Assembly (NCBI GenBank): GCA_964351415.1
Contig: CAYGOG010000001.1
Span: forward strand, 1,811-27,250
Length of the DNA: 25,440 nucleotides
From: an uncultured bacterium
Lineage (GTDB): Bacteria; Chlamydiota; Chlamydiia; Chlamydiales; SM23-39
Direction: 5' to 3'
The first letter of the stretch is position 1; every line of letters begins with the position of its first letter. Positions 14,312 through 22,643 of this stretch are shown in pieces. The notes under the pieces are model-generated. The model was not told where the DNA came from. It ran no database searches and was given only the letters and a program-made list of their open reading frames with translations. Both the position numbers and the translations under genes were made by a program.

Positions 14312-15868
14312 ATGCATCCTGACTATTTCCAGCACGAAGAGTACCAAAACCGCCTGAAGTCGCTCGAGGAGATCCGCTCTTTAGGGCTAGACCCCTATCC
14401 CCCCAAATATCCGACCACCCGCAAAACCAGCGAGCTGCACGTGGAATGGGAAGGGAAAGAGGCGGGCCATTTTGACGACGCAGCTGCAGGCAAGACGCCC
14501 CACCTGTTTGTGTCGGGGCGACTCGTGTTGTTTCGGCCGATGGGGAAAAATGCGTTTGCCACGCTCCAGGATGAGACGGGGCGCATTCAGGTGATGTTCA
14601 ACCGCGAGCTGACGCAAGTAGCGGGGTTGCCTACAGATCAGCCCGCCTTAAAATTTCTCGAGAAAAAGATCGACTTAGGCGATTTTTTGGGCATCGAGGG
14701 GCACATATTCCGCACGCAGAAGGGAGAGCTCACGGTCTTCGCCAAGTCGGTGACCTTGCTGTCGAAGGCGCTCTTGCCACTGCCCGATAAACACGCAGGT
14801 GTCGCTGATAAGGGCGTATTGTATCGGAAGCGGTGGCTCGATCTGATTACCGACGCCGAGTCGATGGAGCGGTTCCGCCTTCGCTCCCGCATCCTATTTG
14901 CGATCCGCAAGTACATGAACGACTGGAACTTCGAAGAGGTGGAGACGCCTATCTTACAAAACATCTATGGCGGAGCTGAGGCGCGCCCCTTTACGACGCA
15001 TCTCAATGCTCTCGACCAGAACATGTTCCTCCGCATTTCTCTCGAAATCTCGCTGAAAAAACTCATCATCGGCGGCATGAATCGCGTGTTTGAGATCGGC
15101 AAAATCTTCCGCAATGAGGGGATCGACCGGACGCACAATCCGGAGTTTACGATGATGGAGGCGTACGCGTCGGGGTGGGATTACTTCGACATGATGGCCT
15201 TCACCGAGCAGCTCTTTGAGACAGTCGCCCTGAACCTCATCGGCGGGACGCAGATCCGCGTTGTGAAAGACGGCGCGGAACACACAATTGAGCTGAAAGC
15301 GCCCTGGAAACGGCTCTCGATGGTCGACGCGGTGCGCCAATATGCGAAGATCGATCCGCTCCAAGCTTCTCTGGACGAGCTGCGCCACTTGTTGTTATCG
15401 CGCGGCGCGCTCGATCCGAAAGAGGTGCACGGCGCGACGCGCGGCTCTCTCACAGCGCTGTTGTTTGAGGCGTTTGCCGAAGAGCACCTGATTCAGCCGC
15501 ACCACATCATCGACCACCCCATTGAAACGACCCCTCTATGTAAACCGCACCGCGATCCCGAGCTGCGCAGGTTGGGCTTTGTGGAGCGATTCGAGAGCTT
15601 TGTCCTGGGGAGCGAGATGTGCAATTCCTATACGGAACTCAACGATCCGATCCTACAGCGCCATCTATTCGAAGAGCAGGCGAAGAAGAAAGCGGCCGGT
15701 GACGATGAGGCGCACCCGTTTGACGAGGAGTTCCTCGAGGCCTTAAGCCAAGGGATGCCCCCCACAGGCGGCGTCGGCATCGGCATCGACCGCCTCGTGA
15801 TGCTCTTCACCTCAGCGCCCTCTATCCGCGATATTCTGTTCTTCCCGCTGATGCGCCCTGAAGATTGA
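14312..15868 (+). CDS. lysS: Lysine--tRNA ligase (class II)
   Basis: OB-fold anticodon domain (GKNAFATLQD), FEEVETPILQ, GGAEARPFTTH, RVFEIGKIFRNEGIDRTHNPEFTMME and GMPPTGGVGIGIDRLVM. Confidence 0.98.
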   Translation: MHPDYFQHEEYQNRLKSLEEIRSLGLDPYPPKYPTTRKTSELHVEWEGKEAGHFDDAAAGKTPHLFVSGRLVLFRPMGKNAFATLQDETGRIQVMFNRELTQVAGLPTDQPALKFLEKKIDLGDFLGIEGHIFRTQKGELTVFAKSVTLLSKALLPLPDKHAGVADKGVLYRKRWLDLITDAESMERFRLRSRILFAIRKYMNDWNFEEVETPILQNIYGGAEARPFTTHLNALDQNMFLRISLEISLKKLIIGGMNRVFEIGKIFRNEGIDRTHNPEFTMMEAYASGWDYFDMMAFTEQLFETVALNLIGGTQIRVVKDGAEHTIELKAPWKRLSMVDAVRQYAKIDPLQASLDELRHLLLSRGALDPKEVHGATRGSLTALLFEAFAEEHLIQPHHIIDHPIETTPLCKPHRDPELRRLGFVERFESFVLGSEMCNSYTELNDPILQRHLFEEQAKKKAAGDDEAHPFDEEFLEALSQGMPPTGGVGIGIDRLVMLFTSAPSIRDILFFPLMRPED

Positions 15869-16790
15869 GTGCCTCTAGATACCAAGAGATTGTGCGGGCA
15901 AGCCCCTCTTGGAGCGAGAAGCGGGGCATCCAATTCAGCCGCGTGCGCGCTTTGGTGAAGTCGAGCGTTTGATCGCGGATTTCGGCCCGCGCTCGGTTTT
16001 GGATGATGGGTTTGAGATGGGTGAGGCCCATCTGCTCCTGGATGGCGTAGATCACGTCCAGCACCGTGTGGGGCTGCTGCGGGCCAAAATTAAAGGCCTC
16101 CCCTTGCACGCCCGGCTGATCGGCGTGGCGCGCCATCGCGATGTAAGCGCTGACTGCATCTTCGACGTAGAGGTAATCGCGGGTGAAGGTGCCGTCGCTT
16201 CGGATCAGCGGCGCTTGCCCCTCGGCAAGAGAGCGGATGGTCCCCGGAATCAGGCGGCTCCAGTTGAGGTCGCCCCCGCCATAGATATTGCCGCAGCGGG
16301 CGATGACAATCGGGAGGCCATAGGTGTGCGCATAGGTGAGGGCAATCAGGTCGGCACAGGACTTGGATACGTCGTATGGATGGCGCCCCGCTAGAGGCAT
16401 CTCCTCCGTATAGGGAAGAATGGGACTTGCGCCGTACGCTTTGTCGGTGGAGGCGACGAGGATCCGCTTCACAAGCGTGGGATGGCGGCGACATACCTCG
16501 AGCAGGTTGTACGTACCGCGGATGTTGGACTCAAAGGTGAGAAACGGACTGCGCAGTCCCACTTCGACAATCGCCTGCGCTCCGAGATGGAACACGGTGT
16601 CGATTTCACACTCGGAAATCGCCCGCTCGAGAGTCTCGATCGACTGCAATTCCCCTGTAATGAGCTCGACCCCTTCGATGGGAATCGCATCGCGCAAAAG
16701 GGCAAACACTTCATATCCCTGTTCCACAAGGTGTCGCGCAAGCCACGAGCCGACAAAACCGGCCGCTCCCGTGAGAAAAATTCGCTTCAT
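15822..16790 (-). CDS. NAD-dependent nucleotide-sugar 4,6-dehydratase/epimerase (CDP-glucose/GDP-mannose dehydratase-like)
   Basis: TGAAGFVG Rossmann motif, VFHLGAQAIV, STDKAYG, YDVSK (YxxxK) and GNIYGGGDLNWSRLIP. I moved the start to ATG 16790. Confidence 0.88.
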   Translation of the reverse strand: MKRIFLTGAAGFVGSWLARHLVEQGYEVFALLRDAIPIEGVELITGELQSIETLERAISECEIDTVFHLGAQAIVEVGLRSPFLTFESNIRGTYNLLEVCRRHPTLVKRILVASTDKAYGASPILPYTEEMPLAGRHPYDVSKSCADLIALTYAHTYGLPIVIARCGNIYGGGDLNWSRLIPGTIRSLAEGQAPLIRSDGTFTRDYLYVEDAVSAYIAMARHADQPGVQGEAFNFGPQQPHTVLDVIYAIQEQMGLTHLKPIIQNRARAEIRDQTLDFTKARTRLNWMPRFSLQEGLARTISWYLEALNLQGASAGRTEYRG

Positions 16791-16797
16791 GGGGGAA

Positions 16798-16826
16798 AGT
16801 GTAGGTGTCCCTTGTGCTTTTTGCAA
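16798..16826 (-). promoter_or_regulatory. Putative promoter of the dehydratase gene
   Basis: On the minus strand: TTGCAA (16826-16821)-N17-TACACT (16803-16798)-N7-ATG (16790). No SD. Confidence 0.6.
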
Positions 16827-16841
16827 TGATTAATTTAGAGT
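16812..16841 (+). promoter_or_regulatory. Putative promoter of the outer-membrane protein gene
   Basis: TTGTGC-N18-TAGAGT (16836-16841)-N7-ATG (16849). Confidence 0.35.
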
Positions 16842-16848
16842 CAAAGGC

Positions 16849-17880
16849 ATGAAACAACTTCTTACGCTGCTGACACTTCCGTCGATGCTCCTCGCTGCCC
16901 AGAACGATTTCTTCACGCAGCCCAAGCAACCTCCCGCACCGCCTGCGGTTCCGCCCGGAATCCCCTGGTTTACAGGTCCGCTCGTCACCCCTGCTGCCAA
17001 CGTAGTGCCCCGCGGCAATTACAACGTCGAGCCTTATACCTATGTCTTCGCGTACACAGCGGCGTATCAAAAAGACTGGTCGACAAGTAACCTGCCCAAC
17101 ATCTACGCGTTGACTCTGCAGTGTCCTTCATTTGTGGGACTTACCCCTTGGATGGATATCTCGTTTGTCCCCACCGTTTCCTGGCAGTGGTGCGAGAACA
17201 AGTACAACATGGAGATGAACGACTTCATCATCATGCTCGACTTCGCCCCGTATACAGCACCCGCAGGTTCGTGGACGCCGAATGTCAAAGTCTCCATCGG
17301 CGAGACGTTTCCAACCGGTCGCTATCGACACTTAGGCCCTAAGGAGCTCGGCACCGATGTGGGCGGCAAAGGGTCGTTTCAACAAAATGCCGAAATCATG
17401 CTGGGGCAGTCCTATCACATTCGAGGCGAAAGCTGGTGGGATTATCGGCTCGGCGCGACCTTCAACTACTTCGTCCCCGTCCACGTCAAGGGGTTTAACA
17501 CCTATGGCGGCGGCTCGAAGTGCGATGGCATCGTCTACCCCGGCTCCACGCTCACCTCGATGCTCGGCCTTGAAGTGGGTCTCAACTATAATTGGGTGCT
17601 TGCATGCGACTTTGTCGCGGTGTGGACGGCGCGCGATCGCTTTGTCGGCAATGACGGATTTGCCGAGGGCGATAAAAAGGTGCCCAACCGATTCCGCTCG
17701 ACCCACCACGCGGTGGTAGGACAAGGGTCCCAATTTATGTTCACCCTCTCCCCTGCGTTGGAATATAACTGGAACGAGGTGTGGGGCTTTATCTTCGGCT
17801 CTTGGTTCACCGTCGCAGGCAAAAGTACGCCGGTCTTCTACTCCGGCATCTTCGCGCTCGACATCAACATCGGCCTCTAG
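16849..17880 (+). CDS. Putative outer-membrane beta-barrel/transporter-like protein of unknown function
   Basis: Signal peptide MKQLLTLLTLPSMLLAA, a Pro-rich linker, WFTGPLVTP...NVEPY, FPTGRY, and many aromatic alternating strands. Confidence 0.65.
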   Translation: MKQLLTLLTLPSMLLAAQNDFFTQPKQPPAPPAVPPGIPWFTGPLVTPAANVVPRGNYNVEPYTYVFAYTAAYQKDWSTSNLPNIYALTLQCPSFVGLTPWMDISFVPTVSWQWCENKYNMEMNDFIIMLDFAPYTAPAGSWTPNVKVSIGETFPTGRYRHLGPKELGTDVGGKGSFQQNAEIMLGQSYHIRGESWWDYRLGATFNYFVPVHVKGFNTYGGGSKCDGIVYPGSTLTSMLGLEVGLNYNWVLACDFVAVWTARDRFVGNDGFAEGDKKVPNRFRSTHHAVVGQGSQFMFTLSPALEYNWNEVWGFIFGSWFTVAGKSTPVFYSGIFALDINIGL

Positions 17881-18140
17881 CGGGAATCCGCACGGCCGAA
17901 GGCGCGCATGCCGAGTGCTAGCGTATGGTACTGGACCAGCGCATAGACTGTGGCGCGCAGCGCAGGAGAACGGAGGGCGAGAAGAAGCCGCCCTCCTTGA
18001 TCAAATGCAATGGCCGCTGCGATACAGCCGAGCGCCGTCATCGCCGCAACGGTTACACGCGCCCACGTAGCACGCGCAATGAGGGCCTTTGCAGGAGAGA
18101 GCATCCCCTCGCCGAGGCGCTCTATCCTTGAGCAGGTCAA
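17877..18140 (-). CDS. Small hydrophobic hypothetical protein (87 aa), paralogue of the adjacent ORF
   Basis: A TTG start at 18140 overlaps the upstream TGA (TTGA). It shares ERLGE / VTVAAMT..AF / GMRAFGR with the neighbour's EKIGE / YISGTT..AF / GLRAIGR. Confidence 0.6.
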   Translation of the reverse strand: MTCSRIERLGEGMLSPAKALIARATWARVTVAAMTALGCIAAAIAFDQGGRLLLALRSPALRATVYALVQYHTLALGMRAFGRADSR

Positions 18141-18526
18141 GACCGCACCTCTTGAGCCGGCCAAGACTGCTTCAATTCTTCATTAGAGAGGCGGCCGATT
18201 GCCCGAAGGCCAACCCCTAAGATTGTCGCTTCAGTTCCGAGCCATGCTACAAAGCGGATCTTATTCCACGAAATGTTCCGCGCAAGCCAATTTAAGGCGC
18301 GCGCCGTTCTATCCACTGTTTGCACAGGGTAGAAAGCGAGCGTATTGAGATAGAGCATGGTAAGGGTCGTCCCTGAAATATATGTGCGAGGATCCTCTAA
18401 AAAAGGACGCACGACGCGCGGCAATTCATAAAATCCCCAGGAGAGGGCTTCTCCTATTTTTTCAGCCCAATTCTTCGGCGCTGTGCGATCCCGCAGGTCC
18501 CAACCTAAAGCATTATCAATCGACAT
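18137..18526 (-). CDS. Small membrane hypothetical protein (129 aa)
   Basis: Purine-rich SD-like AAAGGGGAA upstream, two hydrophobic segments, and it fills the gap exactly. Confidence 0.75.
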   Translation of the reverse strand: MSIDNALGWDLRDRTAPKNWAEKIGEALSWGFYELPRVVRPFLEDPRTYISGTTLTMLYLNTLAFYPVQTVDRTARALNWLARNISWNKIRFVAWLGTEATILGVGLRAIGRLSNEELKQSWPAQEVRS

Positions 18527-18565
18527 ACAATTCCCCTTTGTTTCGCAATCAATATGGGTTAAGAG

Positions 18566-19447
18566 CTAATTATTTTCGACATAAGCTATTTTTTGAATGC
18601 GCAGGTCGATTGTGCGGGGGGCAAAGGAGACTTCGCGCGCTTTGGGGGGATGCGCGCGGAGCTGACGCTCATAGTCTTGCGCCATCTGGCGCCGGAGGAC
18701 AAGGAAAGAATTGAGTTGCGCCTCCCAATGTTTGCCGGGGAGGCGGAGGATTTTGGGGAAATGGGCGATCAGGTGGTGATGGGGTAGGTTGAGGAGGAGG
18801 TCGTCGTCGAGGAAGAGGACGATCTCCCGTTGTCCGAGAGAGGGGGCCCAGGCGTTCGAGACGTCGATCCGCTTGAGCCGAAATCCTTCGCGCCACGAAA
18901 TAGAGGCGAGGGAGTCGTAGAGCTTGAGCGCGAGGGTAAATCCCCGGTCGTGGAGGGGGCGCTGCCACGAGGCGCATTCGAGAAAGGACGGCAGGCCGAG
19001 GTAAAATTCGGGGAGGTCTTTCGGCGTGAGGAACGGGGTGAGGGGGAAGAGGGCGCCGCTTCGGTCGAGCGCGACGTTGTCGTAGTCGCCGAGGCGCGCA
19101 AGGGGGGTCCGCACGGTGTAGTCGATGTAGAGAGTGTGGGGCGGCAGTTTTTCAACGGCGACTTCCGCAATCAGGGGGCACTGCTTGAGGCGCGCTTCGG
19201 CCTTGCTGAGGTCAAAGGTGATGAGGCTTTGCGGATGGTCGAGCGAGAGGCCCATCAGTTCGGCGAGGTAGGAGGTCTTCAGCTGCTCGCGCGAGGGGCC
19301 GGTTTGGATGATCGCCTGGATGTGAGTCGTGGGATCGCGCGCCCGATGCGCATGCCACGCCCCTACGATCCAGCGCCCACCAAAGGTGAGTGTGAGGAGG
19401 GCCGCTGTAGAGCCGATCAGGATCCAGAGCCCGTGGCGGTAGTTCAT
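18566..19447 (-). CDS. ftsQ: FtsQ/DivIB-like cell-division protein (TM + POTRA domain), divergent
   Basis: One N-terminal TM, then FDLSKAEARLKQCPLIAEVAVEKLPPHTLYIDYTVRTPLA (POTRA to beta-domain junction) and IDLR near the C-terminus. ATG 19447 overlaps the murC-ddl stop (ATGA). It sits at the end of the dcw cluster. Confidence 0.72.
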   Translation of the reverse strand: MNYRHGLWILIGSTAALLTLTFGGRWIVGAWHAHRARDPTTHIQAIIQTGPSREQLKTSYLAELMGLSLDHPQSLITFDLSKAEARLKQCPLIAEVAVEKLPPHTLYIDYTVRTPLARLGDYDNVALDRSGALFPLTPFLTPKDLPEFYLGLPSFLECASWQRPLHDRGFTLALKLYDSLASISWREGFRLKRIDVSNAWAPSLGQREIVLFLDDDLLLNLPHHHLIAHFPKILRLPGKHWEAQLNSFLVLRRQMAQDYERQLRAHPPKAREVSFAPRTIDLRIQKIAYVENN

Positions 19448-21687
19448 AGGAACCGGTCGAGTTGACGCCGTCTGTGGAGCGCGAGCCACACAAACGAGTC
19501 GACGATTTCAGAGGCGCGCAGGCCTGTTGCGAGGAGCATTTTCGGATAGAGGCTGAGCGCGGTCATCCCCGGAATGGGGTTTACCTCGTTGAGGAGGTAG
19601 CGGCCGTCGGGAGTCAGAAAGAAGTCGACGCGGGAAAACCCTTGCCCCCCAATGGCGCGGAAAACGGCGAGTGCCAACCGTTTGCCCTCCTCAGCCTGTG
19701 CAGGCGTCAGGTCGGCCGGTGTCGCGGTCCCCATGCTGTTGGCGCCGTACTTGGCGTCATAGCTGTAGAAGCCCCCTTGCGCGAGAATTTCACCCGCTTC
19801 GCCGACGAGCAGGAAGTCGTTGCCGAGCACCGAAAACTCAATTTGCCGCCCGAGGACCTCTTCTTCCACGAGGAAGTCGGTGTCCACTTTGAGCGCCGCC
19901 TCGACGGCCGCGGCAAACTCGGCGCCTGTTGCCACACGGGTGACACCGATGCTCGAGCCGAGGTGGACCGCTTTGACCCACATTGGGTAACGGAGAGTTC
20001 GCTCGCAATGCGCCTGTACGCCGAACCGATCCCGTTTCCAGTCGCACTCTTTAAACTCGAGGAAGCGCGCAGTGTCGATGCCGGCTGCGAGCGCGAGCCG
20101 TTTGGTGAGCCCTTTGTGCATGGCGATGCTGGATGCGGCGTGATCGCATCCGGCCACCGCCACCTGCATCATGTCGCAGAGCGCCTGCACGCGCCCATCT
20201 TCGCCAAAGGGGCCGTGCATGATCGGCAGCACGACGTCGGCCTGTTGCAGCGCGCTCCAGTCGAAGCGGCCATTGCGCGGCACGGTATGGGATTGCACAT
20301 CGTAGAGATCGGGCGAGAGATGATCGGCGACCCATTTCACCGAGCGGAGCGAGATCTCGTGTTCGGGCGATGCGCCGCCCGCCAGGAGCGCCACGCACAG
20401 CTTTTGCGGCTCATGCTGCAGCAGTTGCGGTCCCACTGCGGTGATGTCGCCGGCGCCCAAGGTGAGCACGGTGTCGTGGGGCCGCAAGAGGGGCGCTACT
20501 TCCGCAACGAGTCGGTTGCGGGGGATATAGAGCGCCCCCATTTCGCGCGCCAGCCTCTCGCCGGTAATGCCGTCGAGGGGCGTTTCGCCCGCTCCGTAGA
20601 TGTCGGTGCAAATGAGGCAATCCGCCTCAGAAAAACAGCGGGTAAATTCGCGCCATAGGTCTTGTGTGCGCGAATAGCGGTGCGGCTGAAAGAGGACGAT
20701 GAGGCGCCGCTCGCGCGCGTGGGCGCGCAGTGCGGCAAGCGTCGCGGTCACTTCGGTCGGATGGTGGCCGTAGTCGTCGTAGACGCGCACTGCGCGCCGC
20801 TCTCCCTTGAACTCGAGCCGACGCACTGTGCCTTGAAAGCGGGCCAGGCCGCGCCGAATGGCCTCTTCGGAGAGGCCCATCTTGTGCGCGAGCCCCACGG
20901 CTGCGGCCGCATTGCGCGCATTGTGTTGGCCGAAGAGGGCGACGGTGAGATGGCGGAAGGGTCCCACCGAAAAGCGGATGCCGGTGGGCGTCTGCGCAAA
21001 CTCGGTAATGCGCCACTGTGCCTTCTCTGAAAATCCGTATGAGATGCCGGGAAAAGGGGGGCAGTCATCGATACACCAAAAGAGGGGCCCCTCCACAGCT
21101 TGGGCAAAGCGGTGAAAAGCCTCGGTGAGCGCCTCGCGGCTCTTCCAGTAGTCGAGGTGATCCCAGTCGACATTCGTGATGATCGCGCCATGCGCCGGCG
21201 TGCGCAAAAAGGAGCCATCGCTCTCGTCTGCCTCAGCGACAAAGTGGGCCCCTTGACCGGCGCGGCCGTTGCTCCCCTCGCTCTGCACAATGCCGCCCAC
21301 CGCATAGGAGGGGTCGAGGCCCCCTTCGAGCAAGAGCGTGGCCAGCAGCGCTGTCGTGGTTGTCTTCCCGTGTGTGCCGGTGACGAGGAGCGGTTTTTTC
21401 CCGCGCATCAGCAAGTCGAGCAGCTCTGAGCGATGCATGCGGCTTTTGCCCCGCGCAAGCTCCGGATTGTGCGGGTCGATGCTCGTGCTGTAGATAAGGG
21501 TCGACTCGGGACGCACCCACTCGGCGCTATGTCCAATGGACACTTCGGCGCCCTCTTGGCGCAGCTGCTGCAACAGCTCGCTCTCCCGCGCATCGCTCCC
21601 GCGCACAGATAGGCCCTGCTGCAGTAAAATGCGGGCGAGCGCGCTCATCCCAATGCCGCCAATCCCTACGAAATGATAGTGTGCCAC
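19444..21687 (-). CDS. murC/ddl: Bifunctional UDP-N-acetylmuramate--L-alanine ligase / D-Ala-D-Ala ligase fusion
   Basis: MurC part: HFVGIGGIGMSALA, GTHGKTTTT, EADESDGSF, DDYGHHPTE, FQPHRYSRT. Ddl part: GGASPEHEISLRS, HGPFGEDG, FYSYDAKY, LNEVNPIPG. GTG start at 21687 with an AGGAG SD. Confidence 0.96.
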   Translation of the reverse strand: MAHYHFVGIGGIGMSALARILLQQGLSVRGSDARESELLQQLRQEGAEVSIGHSAEWVRPESTLIYSTSIDPHNPELARGKSRMHRSELLDLLMRGKKPLLVTGTHGKTTTTALLATLLLEGGLDPSYAVGGIVQSEGSNGRAGQGAHFVAEADESDGSFLRTPAHGAIITNVDWDHLDYWKSREALTEAFHRFAQAVEGPLFWCIDDCPPFPGISYGFSEKAQWRITEFAQTPTGIRFSVGPFRHLTVALFGQHNARNAAAAVGLAHKMGLSEEAIRRGLARFQGTVRRLEFKGERRAVRVYDDYGHHPTEVTATLAALRAHARERRLIVLFQPHRYSRTQDLWREFTRCFSEADCLICTDIYGAGETPLDGITGERLAREMGALYIPRNRLVAEVAPLLRPHDTVLTLGAGDITAVGPQLLQHEPQKLCVALLAGGASPEHEISLRSVKWVADHLSPDLYDVQSHTVPRNGRFDWSALQQADVVLPIMHGPFGEDGRVQALCDMMQVAVAGCDHAASSIAMHKGLTKRLALAAGIDTARFLEFKECDWKRDRFGVQAHCERTLRYPMWVKAVHLGSSIGVTRVATGAEFAAAVEAALKVDTDFLVEEEVLGRQIEFSVLGNDFLLVGEAGEILAQGGFYSYDAKYGANSMGTATPADLTPAQAEEGKRLALAVFRAIGGQGFSRVDFFLTPDGRYLLNEVNPIPGMTALSLYPKMLLATGLRASEIVDSFVWLALHRRRQLDRFL

Positions 21688-22643
21688 GCTGTCTCCTGTC
21701 GCTGATCTCGATACTGCGCTAACGCGCAGGCCATCTCGGCAAGCGGCGCCGTCTCGAGCCACGCCCGAATCTGCTGCGGAGTCGCCTCCGCTTGCCGCAT
21801 CCAATGTGCCCCCCCCGTGCGCGCTAAAAACTGCGCGTTCTCTTCTTGGTGCCCCGATGCGCCAGGAAACGGGATGAGCAGCGCCGGCAGCTGATGCAAA
21901 ATCAGCTCCGAGAGAGTGGCGGCACCCGCGCGGCAAATGGCGCAGTCGGCCGCCGCATAGGCCCAAATCATGTCTCGCTCATATTCGATCACGCGCGCAC
22001 GCCCCTCATACTCGGGCACTTTGCCTCCATGACCGCGGATGTGCAGCACCTGAAATTGCGACCCGCGCAGCGCTTCCGGCAGGGTCTCATTCAAGAAGTT
22101 CGCCCCTTGCGAGCCGCCAAATACGAGCACTGTCGGCCTGTCGGGCTCTAAGCCGTATCGCCCCCGCGCTGCCCGTTTGTCGGGCAAGGGGCGCCGATTG
22201 CGCCAGGGAAACAGCGGCGCGAAGTGGGCGCGCTTCAGCTTGCGCAGCGGCGGATGCTGCAGCGCGATCGCCTGCGCAAACGGAGCGAGCAGTCGGTTTA
22301 CCTTGCCGATCGCGCAATTGGGCTCATACAGCACAATCGGAATGCGGAGCCAAAGAGCGGCCAAGAGGACAGGCAAGCTGTGGTAGCTCCCAAATCCCAC
22401 CACCCGATCGGGGCGCTCTTTGCGCAAAAGCGTAAGCGCCGCGCGCACGCCCCGCGCAATCGCAAGCGGCGATGTCCCCGACGACTCGATGTCGGTAAAC
22501 CGAAATTTCCCCCGCTGAAAGAACGGCTTGCTTGAAAGCGCATGCCCCGCAAACGCAACCTCCACACCTTCAAGTTCTTCCGCAAGTTGTTGAGCGGGAA
22601 GGAGATGGCCACCTGTTCCACCGGTTGCAAAGAGCAGTTTCAT
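21666..22643 (-). CDS. murG: Undecaprenyl-PP-MurNAc-pentapeptide GlcNAc transferase
   Basis: TGGTGGHLLPA, GFGSYHSLP, LVFGGSQGA, CRAGAATLSE, IPFPGASGHQEENA. ATG 22643 overlaps the ftsW stop (ATGA). Confidence 0.96.
   Translation of the reverse strand: MKLLFATGGTGGHLLPAQQLAEELEGVEVAFAGHALSSKPFFQRGKFRFTDIESSGTSPLAIARGVRAALTLLRKERPDRVVGFGSYHSLPVLLAALWLRIPIVLYEPNCAIGKVNRLLAPFAQAIALQHPPLRKLKRAHFAPLFPWRNRRPLPDKRAARGRYGLEPDRPTVLVFGGSQGANFLNETLPEALRGSQFQVLHIRGHGGKVPEYEGRARVIEYERDMIWAYAAADCAICRAGAATLSELILHQLPALLIPFPGASGHQEENAQFLARTGGAHWMRQAEATPQQIRAWLETAPLAEMACALAQYRDQRQETAWHTIIS

Noticed and set aside
21688-21966. N-terminal extension of MurC-Ddl in the 840-aa track ORF
   Set aside because: It overlaps murG in another frame; homology begins at GTG 21687, which has an SD.
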